From an uncultured bacterium (GTDB lineage Bacteria; Verrucomicrobiota; Verrucomicrobiia; Limisphaerales; UBA8199), in NCBI GenBank assembly GCA_963749495.1, contig CAVVMW010000029.1:32001-96000 (forward strand): a stretch of DNA of 64,000 nucleotides, written 5' to 3'. Positions 1 to 10,793 of the stretch are shown here, in pieces. The translations under genes were made by a program, and so were the position numbers. The notes under the pieces were generated by a model. That model did not search any database and was not told the DNA's origin. It saw only the letters and a list, made by a program, of their open reading frames with translations. The stretch's first letter is position 1. The number at the start of each line of letters is the position of its first letter.

Positions 1-520
1 CCCCGCCCAGGTCGAACCGCCTGCCGGCGCCGTAGCCGATGACGGCTTTGCTCCGAGGGGCGTTCAGGGTAACGACTCCCCGCTCCTTCCGGCTCAGGTC
101 CCACGCCAACTAGACAATGTTGATGCCGAACTTGGCCATGCGCGCCGCGAGCTTCCCGGCATCGTCCTTGCGAGGGAAATTGGCGCTGAACGCCAGGTCC
201 ACGCCAAAGAAGCGAATGCGGTCCTTACCGGCGTATAAGTGCCCATCGTCTCCGGCGCGAATGTGGCCGAACTTGCCCGCAGGCTTGTGCAACAAGCCGC
301 TCAGGTTGGCCACGCTCGGCGTTGCATCGTCCCAGGGCAGCACGAAGGGGAACAACCGTGGCCCCGTTGTCCCCGGCAGCACTGCCTCCTCGGCGGAGTG
401 CGCCAGCCCCTGTTCTCCCGAGGCGAGCAAATTTCCCCCAAACGCCGCAAACGGAAGCCGGACGGCCAACAAGCAGCACGCCGTTGAACTGGCGAATGTG
501 GAAGTCAAATCGTATTTCAC
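1..520 (-). pseudogene. Internally deleted GH5-like/CBM carbohydrate-active protein; runs off window start
   Basis: FPFVLPWDD...RIRFFGVDL...LAARMAKFGINIV ends at TAG 110-112. The same frame continues LAWDLSRKERGVVTLNAPRSKAVIGYG, which resembles the C-terminal part of this family; the catalytic middle is missing. Confidence 0.6.
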
Positions 521-716
521 GCGAGGTTTTTAGCAGCGATCCTGAGCAGAAAGAAGTGCAATTCGAACAAATGCCGAATTCAGGTTCTTTTCCAGCTTCG
601 GCTGATTTTTTCCCCACCTTCACCTGTGCGGCCCCTCAGCGTCAAATGCGAGTTGCGCATCGCGAGCGGCTTGACTAGATTCGGGTAAGTTACGCACAAC
701 CCGTATTAGAGCGAGC

Positions 717-2025
717 ATGGAAAGAATTCGGATCAACAATTTTGCGGGGCTGAGGGAAGTCGATATCGCAGTAAGCCAAGTGACCGGCTTTATCGGCCCT
801 CATGCCTCCGGCAAGAGCATCATCGCCAAGCTGCTCTACTTTTTCCGGGGGATCGCCTCTCGGTTGCCGGATGCGGCCATAAGGTTCGGGCCGGGCAGTG
901 CCCACTACAAGGACGACTGCATGGCGCGATTCAACAGTTTTTTCCCCGTGGGCGTAAGCGCCGGGGCCTCGGACTTCCACCTGACTTACACCAGCGGGAG
1001 CGAGCACGTAAGTGTGGAGTCTGCTCCTGACCAGGACAAACCGAGCTCCAGGAGGTTGGAATGGAGCGCCTTTTATCCGTCTGCATTCGGGAGCTTGGCG
1101 GAAAAGTGGAGGGAGTACCGCGGCGCCTTGGGTGAGGCCTCCGAATTAGCCATTAGCGACGCCCAGGAGAAATTGCTGAGCGAATACGACGCGGGAGCCA
1201 AAAAGGTCTTGGATCGATGGCCCATCTACCAGCACGTTTTCATACCCGCAGGGCGTGCGTTCTTCTCGCAATTTGTCGCTAACGTCTTCACCGGCCTGCA
1301 ATCCGGTGCAGGCCTGGACCCTTTTATGGTGGCCTTCGGTGCTCACCTCGAGCAAACCAGAGGACTTCTGCAAGAGGATCATCTTTTTGACCCCGCCTCC
1401 CCGGGCGCGAGGCGCTTCGGAGGGTTTGGCCTCCTCATGAAGAGCATCCTTCACGCGGAGTTGGGCTTTGACGAGAAGGAAAAGCAGTACTTCCTCCAGC
1501 ATGATGATGGCCGCCGAGTGTGGGTGAGCCAAGCATCCTCGGGCCAACAGGAAGTTTTGCCGCTTCTCCTGGTCCTCGCACGCATCCTCTCGCGGCTTCA
1601 CGGGCGCGGCCGTGCCCTGTACATCGAAGAGGCCTGAGGCGCAATTGTTCCCCTCAGCCCAAAAGCAAGTCGTCGAACTGCTGGGCCACGTGTTTCGCCG
1701 CAGGAGGCACGAGATGAACCTCGTCGTAACGACTCACAGCCCGTATATACTGACCTCCATCAACAACCTACTCCAGGCGGGAAAACTTTACAGACGGCGC
1801 CCCGGAACGAAGCCTAGGCCAGCCAAGGCTTTCGAGCTTTCGAAGATCGTTCCAAGCTGGTTCGATCCTGACGAAGTCTCGTTCTATGCGCTCGAGGGCG
1901 GCTCTGCCACGTCCATTATGGACCCGGAAACCGAACTGATCGATGCTGCCATGATCGACCAGGTCTCGGCCGACATCGCCATCGAGTTCGACAAACTCCT
2001 CTCGGAGGCTGATGAAAAGCCCTGA
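717..2025 (+). CDS. ABC-type (AAA_15/AAA_21, AbiEii-like) ATPase with +1 frameshift at ~1631
   Basis: Walker A GPHASGKS, signature SSGQQ, H-loop TTHSPY. Walker B LYIEEPEAQL is restored by removing one G from GAG-G-CCT, which joins ORFs 717..1637 and 1612..2025. Confidence 0.85.
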
Positions 2026-2443
2026 TGGCCGCGAGTGCAGCACTTTCCTGCGGCGCAAGAAGATTGCGCTCACGGGCAGGAGAACCTCCACGCTTTATCT
2101 TCTGAACCCACAACTGCGGGGGGTGGAGCGCGTCGAAGTGGACGATTGCGTGATCACCGAAGGACGCCGCTGCGATTGGCTCGTCCGTCTGGATGACGCC
2201 ACCTCGCGGGAGGAGATTTATGTGGAGTTGAAGGGTTCGGATATTCTCCACGCCGTTGATCAGTTGGAGGCCACAATTAACAAACTGTTGATTGACTGCA
2301 AGCAGTTCCCCAAGCGATGTCTTGTCGCGTGCTCCCGCAGCCCGCTGACCGGCACGGACGTTCAGAAATACAAAGCCCGCTTCCACAACAGGTTCAGAGC
2401 CGCTTTCCAAGTCGTTAGAGATGGGGCGGAGGTCCCTCTCTGA
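2012..2443 (+). CDS. Small ATPase partner, putative PD-(D/E)xK-like nuclease
   Basis: Overlaps the ATPase end by 14 nt; motif CDWLV...IYVELKGSD (D...ExK). Confidence 0.6.
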   Translation: MKSPDGRECSTFLRRKKIALTGRRTSTLYLLNPQLRGVERVEVDDCVITEGRRCDWLVRLDDATSREEIYVELKGSDILHAVDQLEATINKLLIDCKQFPKRCLVACSRSPLTGTDVQKYKARFHNRFRAAFQVVRDGAEVPL

Positions 2444-2565
2444 ATGGGGGCGGGCCTCCGGGAGCGAGGCCCCACCGCCCCGGACCCTGAGGACATGACA
2501 TTAGCTGGGGAGGCGCAGATCGCGGCTCTTGACATTTTCGGCGACGCGGGGATCAGATCGACCCC

Positions 2566-2751
2566 ATGAGAAAACGGAACATGCGAACTTGGATCGGCAT
2601 GGGAACGTTGGCGATTGTGTGTGCGGCGTGCACAGGCGGGACGTGGGCGCAGAGCGCCCCGGGCCCGGCGGCCCCGTCGCGGGTGCCGATTTATAGCAAG
2701 AACAACGCCCCGGCCGCGCCGATGCTCGAAGACCTGCCGCGGAGGATGTGA
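2566..2751 (+). pseudogene. N-terminal stub of a secreted protein
   Basis: Signal peptide (...GGTWA-Q) plus ~30 aa, then stop overlapping the next start. Confidence 0.45.
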
Positions 2752-3797
2752 TGAAGATCCTGACACGGACCGTATTGCTACTCATGCTGCTCACCTCCGG
2801 CCCGGTTTCTTCCGAAATCATCCCCCCCAACCGGATCTGCGATTGGACGCCCGGCGTAAACGTGGGTGTTCCGGGCGGGATTCCCAATCGCACAGTAATC
2901 GGTTCCACAGTTGATGCCGCTGTCTATGGAACAGGCTCAGCAGACGCCTCCGCAGCACTCAGCGCCGCGATTGACGCCTGCCCTTCGGGTCAGGTTGTGA
3001 TGATACCTGTCGGGACGTACAGGCTTGACAGCCGCGTTTACCGCGCCTCTGCGGGCAACATAACCATCCGGGGCGCGGGCATGGGGAAAACGATCCTCAA
3101 AGCAGCCTCCAACACACAGGTTCTCCTGCTCGGCACGGCAGACTGGCCGCGGCCAACCGCGGGACTCGCTATCACCGCAGGAGCGACTAAAGGCAGCACG
3201 GTCCTCACCGTGGCCGACGCCACTTCCATCGCCGTGGGCAAACTGGTGAGAATCCAGCAGAACGATTTACCGTATGTCATTTGCAACAGCGCTCCCACCA
3301 ACAACAACAAGCTGATGAGCGCCATGTTCAGGGTCACAGCAAAAACAGCAACCAGCGTAACAGTCATGCCGCCCCTGCCCATTGATTTCGCCCAGTCGCC
3401 TGAGCTTGTCCAATACGGAATTCCTCCTCTCACAAATACGGGCGTGGAAGACCTGACCATAGACTGCAATTCCATCTCATGGGCCGGCATCGAGTTCGAC
3501 CAGGCATGGGGATGCTGGGTCAAAGATTACCTGGGCCATTCCATTGCGTGGGACGCGGCGATTTCCGATCATGCGATTCCGAACAGCTATTTCCGATCGA
3601 GCAAGCCCTTGTGGTTCGGGAACCTGCCGTGGCCGCCTTTTGATCCGGCGAATCCGCCGGGGGCGTTGAATGATGCGAATCTGTGCAGGATTCCGGCAGG
3701 GTACAGATATGTGCACGGGACGGATCCGGTGGAGGCGGCCAAGAAGCCGGGGACGGAGGCGGAGAGACGGATAAACAGTATAGAGGGCACCCAATAG
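2748..3797 (+). pseudogene. Secreted pectate-lyase-3/beta-helix-like protein, probable in-frame internal deletion near 3528
   Basis: Signal peptide; DWTPG.VGVPGGIPNR and AIDACPSGQVVMIPVGTY N-terminal motifs. The beta-helix stops at WGCWVKD and jumps to a C-terminal-type IPNSYFRSSKPLWFGNLPWPP...IPA segment. Confidence 0.6.
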
Positions 3798-3804
3798 AAC
3801 GAGA

Positions 3805-4105
3805 ATGAATTCGCGAGAACACGTGTTTTTGGTCGCACGCTGCATGTTGGCATGCGTGGGTGTGTTGGCTGGCATGGCTGGCCGCCGAGCCGAAGAAGGT
3901 CCTGCGCGACGGCCAGCCGTGGAGCCAGTTCAGCTATGACAGGGCCGCCAAGCGAATCACAACGAAGACCGGGGGCGATCCTCGCCTGCACGTCTTCGAG
4001 ACCATCCTGCGGGAGCAAGGCCTCGTCCTGTCTGGCAGAAAGGACACGAAGATTGAAGGGATCACCGTCGTTGACACGTTGAAGGCAGGTGCCGCGAATC
4101 CGTGA
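3805..4105 (+). pseudogene. Collapsed secreted protein (signal peptide joined out of frame to a C-terminal fragment)
   Basis: ATG 3805 gives MNSREHVFLVARCMLACVGVLAGMAG; a frame change at ~3880 gives AEPKKVLRDG...IEGITVVDTL to stop 4105. Confidence 0.45.
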
Positions 4106-4258
4106 GGAGGCATGCCTCCATCTGTAATTAGTCCTGCCGCTCAGCAACATCGCCGGCTGGCTCCCACCGTGGGCCTTGGACCTGGACACGGCACTCATGA
4201 TCCATTGAGCACGGCGATCCACGGATGTCGCTCGCCCGGCCGGCTGTTAGGCCGGTCG

Positions 4259-4438
4259 CCGGCCTTGCCCACCGAAGAATTGAAAGCCATCACCGGCTCG
4301 TGGCCGACCCGGTTGCAGGAGTTCGAGCTTTTCACCTGCGATGAGGAGATGAAGAAACTGGTCGCCGAGCGGAAGATCATCCTCCTTGGCTATCGGCCTT
4401 TGCGCGACTTGCAGCGCAAGGAGCGGAAGGAAGGGTGA
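4259..4438 (+). pseudogene. C-terminal fragment of YdjC/ChbG-family carbohydrate deacetylase
   Basis: EELKAITGSWPTRLQEFELFT...LVAERKIILLGYRPLRD; no matching N-terminus. Confidence 0.55.
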
Positions 4439-4475
4439 TCCCGACTGTGGAACTGGGCCAAGAGCCCGAGGAGCT

Positions 4476-4991
4476 ATGGGTTTTGTCATCGTGGATGTCG
4501 AGGCGGATGGGCCGATTCCGGCGGAGTTCTCCATGGTGTGCTTTGGGGCGGTGCTCTTCGATGAGGCCCTGGACCACTCCTTTTACGGCCAGACGCGTCC
4601 GATTGCGGACCGCTTCCTCCCGGAGGCCCTGGCCGTGAGCGGCTTCTCCCGAGAGCAGCACTTGGCATTCGACGACCCGAAAGCGGTCATGGAGAGCTTC
4701 GCCGCCTGGCTGGACCAGCATTCCAGGGGACGGCCGGTCTTTGTTTCCGACAACCTGGCCTTCGACTGGCAGTTCATCAACTACTACTTCCATCGGTTCC
4801 TTGGCCGAAATCCTTTCGGCTTCTCGGGCAGGCGCATCGGAGACCTGTATGCCGGCCTGATGAAAGACGCCTCCAAAGCGACCGAATGGAAGAAGTATCG
4901 GGTCACCCGGCACACGCACAACCCGGTCGATGATGCCCGGGGTAATGCCGAGGCGTTGAAGAAGTTCAGGAAATTGGGGCTCCGAATGTGA
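4476..4991 (+). CDS. DEDD 3'-5' exonuclease (Rv2179c/RNase AS-like)
   Basis: VDVEADGP (ExoI), SDNLAFDWQF (ExoII), HNPVDDA (ExoIII). Confidence 0.85.
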   Translation: MGFVIVDVEADGPIPAEFSMVCFGAVLFDEALDHSFYGQTRPIADRFLPEALAVSGFSREQHLAFDDPKAVMESFAAWLDQHSRGRPVFVSDNLAFDWQFINYYFHRFLGRNPFGFSGRRIGDLYAGLMKDASKATEWKKYRVTRHTHNPVDDARGNAEALKKFRKLGLRM

Positions 4992-4992
4992 A

Positions 4993-5697
4993 ATGAGCCT
5001 TCTTTACCCCAAGTTCCGCCTGAGCCTGCTGCCCGCCATGATCGGTTATGCCATGCTGACCGCCATGCGTATGACAGCAGTCACTTTGTCGGGTTTGATG
5101 CTGGCGCTCGCTCTGACCTCGGGCGCAGCGGAACGCGATTGCCGCTTCGACGGCAAGATTTCTCGCGAGGTGCTGGACAATTATCTTTCGCGCGCCGTCA
5201 CGTTCACCGACTTCCTCCACGGCAAGGGCAGCATCGCGGATAATCTCCGGTTCCTGACCAACACCGGGGCCAAGTTTGTCGGACGCGCCATCTACCGCTG
5301 AGGTGGCGAAGACGCTCTCCCGGCGCTGCTCGAGACCGCGAAGCCCATCGCCCGCCAGGCGCACCAGGCGGACCCGGACATGGTCCTGCAGGCCGCCTGT
5401 TTCGAAATCGTCACCACGAGCGTCGGCAAGCTCCCGGTGCCCGAGTGGCTGTTCCGTCAGATCAGTTGGTTCGCGCATCAGCCGGAGCCGTATCGGAACG
5501 AGTGGCTGCGCTATGCGTGGAAGTGGTTGCGTGAGCACGACCCGAACGCCTGGCTTGAGATGCCCGGCAGCCGCACCCTGCACGCACCTGTCGGCAACCA
5601 GTGGTGGTACTGGGCCAACACCCGCAGCCCAGCGACGCCGGAGGGCTTCAACCAGGAAGAGACCATCAAAGCCATCTGGGCCGAGAACACGTTTTGA
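4993..5697 (+). pseudogene. Secreted hypothetical (GH-like) protein with nonsense codon and internal deletion
   Basis: ORFs 4993..5301 and 5380..5697 are in one frame, separated by TGA 5299-5301 (IYR*GGE, likely TGG). Abrupt VPEWLF|RQISWFA join at ~5455. Confidence 0.6.
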
Positions 5698-5881
5698 CCA
5701 GACCTGGGGCGGCTACCGCCAAACCACGGTCCTGGCGCGGGACCTGGGCCCCGGCGAGCACAAGGTGAGAATTGAACTGCTGCCCGAAAAGAACCCGCAG
5801 AGCACCGGCCACGAGTTCAGGGTATTGGGTCTTGGCGCCACGGGGGTCGAGGCGGGGCTGGGTGTGGGAGGAGGGGGATAG
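5693..5881 (+). pseudogene. C-terminal fragment (beta-sandwich as in SGNH-hydrolase-type proteins)
   Basis: FDQTWGGYRQTTVLARDLGPGEHKVRIELLPEKNPQSTGHEFRVLGLG begins inside the end of the previous gene. Confidence 0.5.
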
Positions 5882-6039
5882 GGTCCCCGGGGGCGTTACA
5901 GCCGCTACACCGTAACATTACCGATAAAGTCAAAGGATTCTTGAAATCTGCCCCGTAGCATGAGGCGTTACTTACCCGTAACATTTCGATCTGGGAACGG
6001 CTCTTGGCGCTGGCGGACGCGGCAAGCGGCGGTTCGCTT

Positions 6040-6132
6040 GGCCACGGCCCTCCACCCCCGCTCAGCAAAACACCTCGCCACCGCCCGGCCGATGCCGGAG
6101 GACACGCCCGTAATAAGTACTGTTTTCTTCAC
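6040..6132 (-). pseudogene. N-terminal stub of SDR oxidoreductase
   Basis: GTG 6132: KKTVLITGVSSGIGRAVARCFAERGWRAVA (TGxxxGIG); similarity then ends. Confidence 0.7.
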
Positions 6133-6466
6133 GCCTGTGAAGCCTCGAGCCAACCACGCGCTCGATCTGAGTCCGATGAAAATGGCCGAACCTCTGCTTC
6201 CCCGCAACCCAATCTCCGGCCAACGCCGCTCGCCCGCCGCCAGGCCTGGACCCGTCCCACGATGAAACTCACCCAATCCAGCGTGATGGCGCTCCGGAGC
6301 GCGGACGGGAAGAACCTGGAGTCCTGAGCGAGCGTCAAAAAGTGCGCTGCGTTCGGTGGCCGCTAGGCTAGCGAACATGACTTTTTCCTTGCATTCAGGG
6401 CGGAGAGGGCAATTCTTCGCTGACGGAAACGACTCGACGCACAACGGCGCCTAGCTTGCAACCAAT

Positions 6467-7642
6467 ATGAGAGTGCTACCTGACCCAGAAATATCCCTCC
6501 GCAACGCTGCCGACTTCATCTTCGACAGCAGCCTCTGCCGGGCTGCCCTCTCGGAGGACACGCCGCCAGAATTTGCTGTCCTCGTCCGGGACATCATCGG
6601 TGCGGTTCATAGATTGACAGTGAGCTGCCACCTGCCCGAGTTCACCGACCATGGCTTGGCGCACCTGTGCAGCCTGGTTGATAGGATATGCCGATGGACC
6701 CCACCGCCCGGAAGGGGTGCGCCCCCCACCGTTGTGGAGGACTTGGCAAACAGCGAATGCGCGGTGCTTCTACTGGCGACTCTGCTCCACGACATTGGAA
6801 TGCTGTCACAAAGGACTGAGGATTTAGAGGACCCAGCAGATCCGCGATGGACAAAGGGATACAGGGAGATTGCGAATTGGGTCAGGAGGACTCACATTGC
6901 TCGCACAAGGGGACTCGTTTCGCGCCTTTTCCGGAGCTCGTACCCTGCATTCTTTGAACCAGGCTCATTGCTTCTGCGCTCCATTCCTGTCGCGAAGGCG
7001 CACGGTTCATGGCCCTGGCAGGCCGACTTCAACTCGCTCCCAGACAGGGACTCAGCACTGGCAGCGATTGTCGCCGTGGCCGACCTGATGGATGAGGACT
7101 CGAACCGTTGCGACACAAGGACCCTCGTGGAGCACCGCCAAGGAACGCTTCTGAACAAAGCGCATTGGATTCGGCATGGACTCACGGCAAACCGCGTCAT
7201 CGTGGAGGGTGGAGTGATCCGCGTTCGACTTACGCGGCCACCGGGGACGGCGTCCCAGCTGACGCCGGTTTACGCCGCGCTACGAAATCACTACCGCCTG
7301 GCCCTCCTTTATAGCGCTGCCTTAGAGCAGGTTAACGCTGGGCTTTTGGCACCGATAATATTTGATCCTCCGACTGGGATTCCCACGGTTGAGGCTATCA
7401 GCCTCGGTGACTGGAATGACATTGAAGGGCTTGGAACTCAGTCCGCCCTCGTCTTCCACCTCCTCTCCTCATTTATGCCGGAAGCAACTTTGGACGAGCG
7501 AAGGGTCGCAGAGGAAACCATCGACCGATTGCGCCTCCAGGGATTCGAGCCCGTGGATCTAACGAACTTCCAAGCGACACGCGGAAGCCATGAAAGAAGA
7601 TCTCCAGACGAACTCGCTTTCCGGGCCATGACCGGCCCCTGA
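6467..7642 (+). CDS. HD-domain phosphohydrolase (HD-CE-like)
   Basis: PEFTDHGLAH, LLHDIGM, AKAHG, VADLMD motifs. Confidence 0.8.
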   Translation: MRVLPDPEISLRNAADFIFDSSLCRAALSEDTPPEFAVLVRDIIGAVHRLTVSCHLPEFTDHGLAHLCSLVDRICRWTPPPGRGAPPTVVEDLANSECAVLLLATLLHDIGMLSQRTEDLEDPADPRWTKGYREIANWVRRTHIARTRGLVSRLFRSSYPAFFEPGSLLLRSIPVAKAHGSWPWQADFNSLPDRDSALAAIVAVADLMDEDSNRCDTRTLVEHRQGTLLNKAHWIRHGLTANRVIVEGGVIRVRLTRPPGTASQLTPVYAALRNHYRLALLYSAALEQVNAGLLAPIIFDPPTGIPTVEAISLGDWNDIEGLGTQSALVFHLLSSFMPEATLDERRVAEETIDRLRLQGFEPVDLTNFQATRGSHERRSPDELAFRAMTGP

Positions 7643-7648
7643 TCAACC

Positions 7649-10401
7649 ATGAGCAAAAACAACACTTCGGCCGCGTTTCGCGAGGGAACCCCAGCAGCCC
7701 AACAAAAGGCGGCTTTCGACTATCTTCGAGAACGGTGTCGCACGGCCCACAACGAGGGGGATGGGCTCCTCGCGAGCCACCTCTCGATCCTTGCGCTGGA
7801 CGAGGCGACCAAGCTCCTGAAAAGCAACAAGTGCCACCTCTTCTTGCCAGATCTCAAATGGGCGTTCATCTTCTCCCACTACTGGCTCATCAACGGTTAT
7901 CTGCTGGACAATGACATCGCTGAATTCCTCAGCCGTGCTCCCCGGAAAAATGAGGTGGAGGGGAAACTTCTGAACCTGCTGAGGATCTATAGCAGGCTCG
8001 TCAAGGAGCCCCTTTGGTCGGATCCGGAAGACCTGTCGTTCCTCCAGGCTCCATACTGTGATTGGATGGAGGCTAGTGGCGCACCCGAGGATTTGGCGTT
8101 GGCCGAGCACTTGGCCGAGCTCGTTTGGTTCCGTGATCCTCAAGGCGACTCCTGGGGGAAGGTCATCCATGCGTGGGCAGCGGCCGCCAATATACCAGGG
8201 AAGTGCAAGCAACTATTAGCCCGCCTCGAGCGACGCCTCAGACTCCAATCAGCATTGACGATACCAGGTTCACTTTACCCCTCCGTGGCCCTGGAGGACG
8301 CCGAGAAGTGGGCAGCGGACTTTCCCGAAGCGGAGATCTGGATCCATACACTCCACGGAAACAGGCCCGGCGTGGAGGCCGCCGTGACGCGGCGGTTGCC
8401 TTTTGTCTCCGACGACCCCGTTCTGGTTCGACAATTGCTTGATTTGCAGCGGTTCAACTTCTTCCACGGCGACGACCAAGATCCCCAGGCTGTCAGTCTG
8501 ACGCGTCGGAGACTGTTCGACAGCCCTCTTCTCCGATTCGATGAGACCCGAGAGCAGTTTCTCTCAGAAACCCTGGGTGCCATTTTCCAAAGGAATGAAG
8601 TCGGGCAAGCGTACCGAGCGTTTCAAGGTGTTCCGCTTAGCAATGTTGTGCGAGCTCTCTGCTTTGCGGCAGTGGGATTTTGGCATGTGGTTCGATGCCG
8701 TCAAGGCTCAGTCCAAGGCAGGCCTTGAATTGGCTCAATGGGAACCGACCCAGCTTGGCCCTGCGAGCAACGGGCTGTTGCTAGCTGTCCTCTCAATGTC
8801 CTACGAGCGAGAGCGAAAATTGGTTCAAGGCGGCCTCGACGCACTTGAATTCGCAAGCGATGGTCAAAGAGGGGGATTGCTTCGATGCACTCTCTTCTGC
8901 TACCCCAGGCAGGCATACCATGCCATCAGTCTCCTGAGTGACCTCTCCGACGCTATTCCAGAGGATATGTGGCTTGAAGTGGTTACATGGTGCCGCCGTT
9001 TTCTCGAAGAGGGCTGGAACAGCCCAGGCAAGTCCGGTGGAGGCATGCTGCTTCCGTTTGAATTCTGGGGGCAGATCTTCCCTTTCGTTGGGGCAGGCAG
9101 CCCTGTCTGGGAGAGATTTGCTCCCATTCTGCACCAGGAGGCGCGCAACCCTCTTAAGTGGCAAACTGACCGCCGTGGATTCTTTGTCCAGTACCTCCTC
9201 CACGCTCCCGTTGAAGTGGCGAAAGCCGCAGGCAGGGCGATGCTCCAGGCAAGACTTGGGGACCCAGTGTCGCGGGGGTACAGGTTCAGAATCCTGCGCA
9301 CAGCCTGCGAACGCCGCAAGGATCTCGCGGACGAACTCGTGCCGGATCTTCTGAGGGTTGCGGAAACCCCCGTGCAAAAGTGGCGTCTCAAAGCGAAACC
9401 CTTGGGTAACGGAGCAGCCCCTGAGGAGGAGCGAGCCGCAAGGGAGCAGATGCTCGGTTCCCTCGGCGATTTTGTAAAGAGAATATCTCCTGGCGGAGTG
9501 CCGCAGTATCCGCCCCAAATTGACCTAGAGGCTTATGCCTTCCTGGACTGGAGCGAGGAGGATTCAGAATGCCTGGCATTGGTTCTACAGACGATTGGAA
9601 ACCCGGGCACCGATAAGTCAGGAGTTCCCTGCCTCCTCTATCTCTTACAGACGCTCGTCGCGAGGGGACCCCGAGTGTTCGCAGAACGAGACCCACGAAG
9701 CCTTCGTTGGCTGGCTAGGCGTCATGCCACTGTGGCGGGATGCTGACTGCTTTCCCCCAGGCGGCCCGCTCTCTGTGGTGAATATCCAGCGAAATGACCA
9801 GGGCGCAGTTGAAGACGCCCTGTCAGCCGTCGCGTATCAACTGAGAGGCCGGCTAGGCGCACAGTTTGATGACGCGCTCTCGCGCTGGGTCCTGGACTGC
9901 TCCATCAAATCCGACGTTGCCGCTGGCCCTAACCTCACCCGCCTGACCCTGGCGCTCGCATCCTCGATCCATGGTCCGAACGTGTCCGGCCCAGAAGCGG
10001 ATATAGGGAAGCTGGTGCGTCGCCAGGCTCTGCTGGACGCCTGCGGAGCCATGCTGCGCTCCTCCTGGCAACGATACCGTCTGAATCCGGCCAGCTTTAC
10101 CTGGATCGCGTGGGGGCTTCAAGGGATCCACCTTGCACTTCGGAGTGAGTCGGAGGCCGGAATGAGTTGGGCGAGTCCCGATCCGTCCGTCGTTACGTCC
10201 CTCCTTAGAGGCATCGGCGCGCTCTTGGAGCAGTTAGTTGCCTGCCCCAGGCCTGAGGTGCGTTCCGAGGTTGCCAGAACGCTGCGTGCCTTCTCGTCTC
10301 TGGTCCCGTTGCCTGAAAACCTCCGAGGATGCCTCGCTGGACTATCTTCCGACGCTCGGGCCCGCGTCAGGCGAGCAGCCGTGGAGCGTGCCGGTCCCTG
10401 A
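7649..10401 (+). CDS. Large (~916 aa) predicted alpha-helical/HEAT-like protein, split by two +1 frameshifts (~8590, ~9685)
   Basis: ORFs 7649..8728, 8541..9746 and 9535..10401 join if one A is removed at TTCCAAAGGA and at GCAGAACGAG. Starts 6 nt after the HD gene stop; HEAT-like end RPEVRSEVA...DARARVRRAA. Confidence 0.65.
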
Positions 10402-10793
10402 GAGCGTTATTCTTTTGATGCCATGCACCCTCGCGGGACCCCGCCGCCCCAGCCCCAACGCCCGGCCCTCCGGCCTCCCGAACCTCAGTCCTCCGCCCAC
10501 CTTTGTCCAGGCGCCCGACCTTGCACTCCGGACTACGGAATCTGGACTCCGGCCCCGGCACTCCATCCTGCGCCCGCCGCCCTCCGCCGCTTCATGCACA
10601 ATCTCTGCCTCACCTACGCGAGTGCAATGTTGGCAACTCCTTCTGCGTCAACAACTCTCCTCTCTACCTCCCTGCCGATGGTGCAATTCTGCTCCACGCC
10701 CGATTCTCGGCCCTAACCACCCCATCCTCGTGCGCTCTTTTTCCTTCTGTTCAAATGCGGGCCCGACCAATTAGGGTGTTCGGACTACAAAAT

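Noticed and set aside
1625..1640. Programmed frameshifting in the ATPase or other split genes
   Set aside because: No slippery heptamer or stimulatory structure; the pattern matches random indels.
5299..5301. In-frame TGA as selenocysteine or alternative genetic code
   Set aside because: Context fits TGG->TGA in a gene that is also deleted; TGA terminates many intact genes here.
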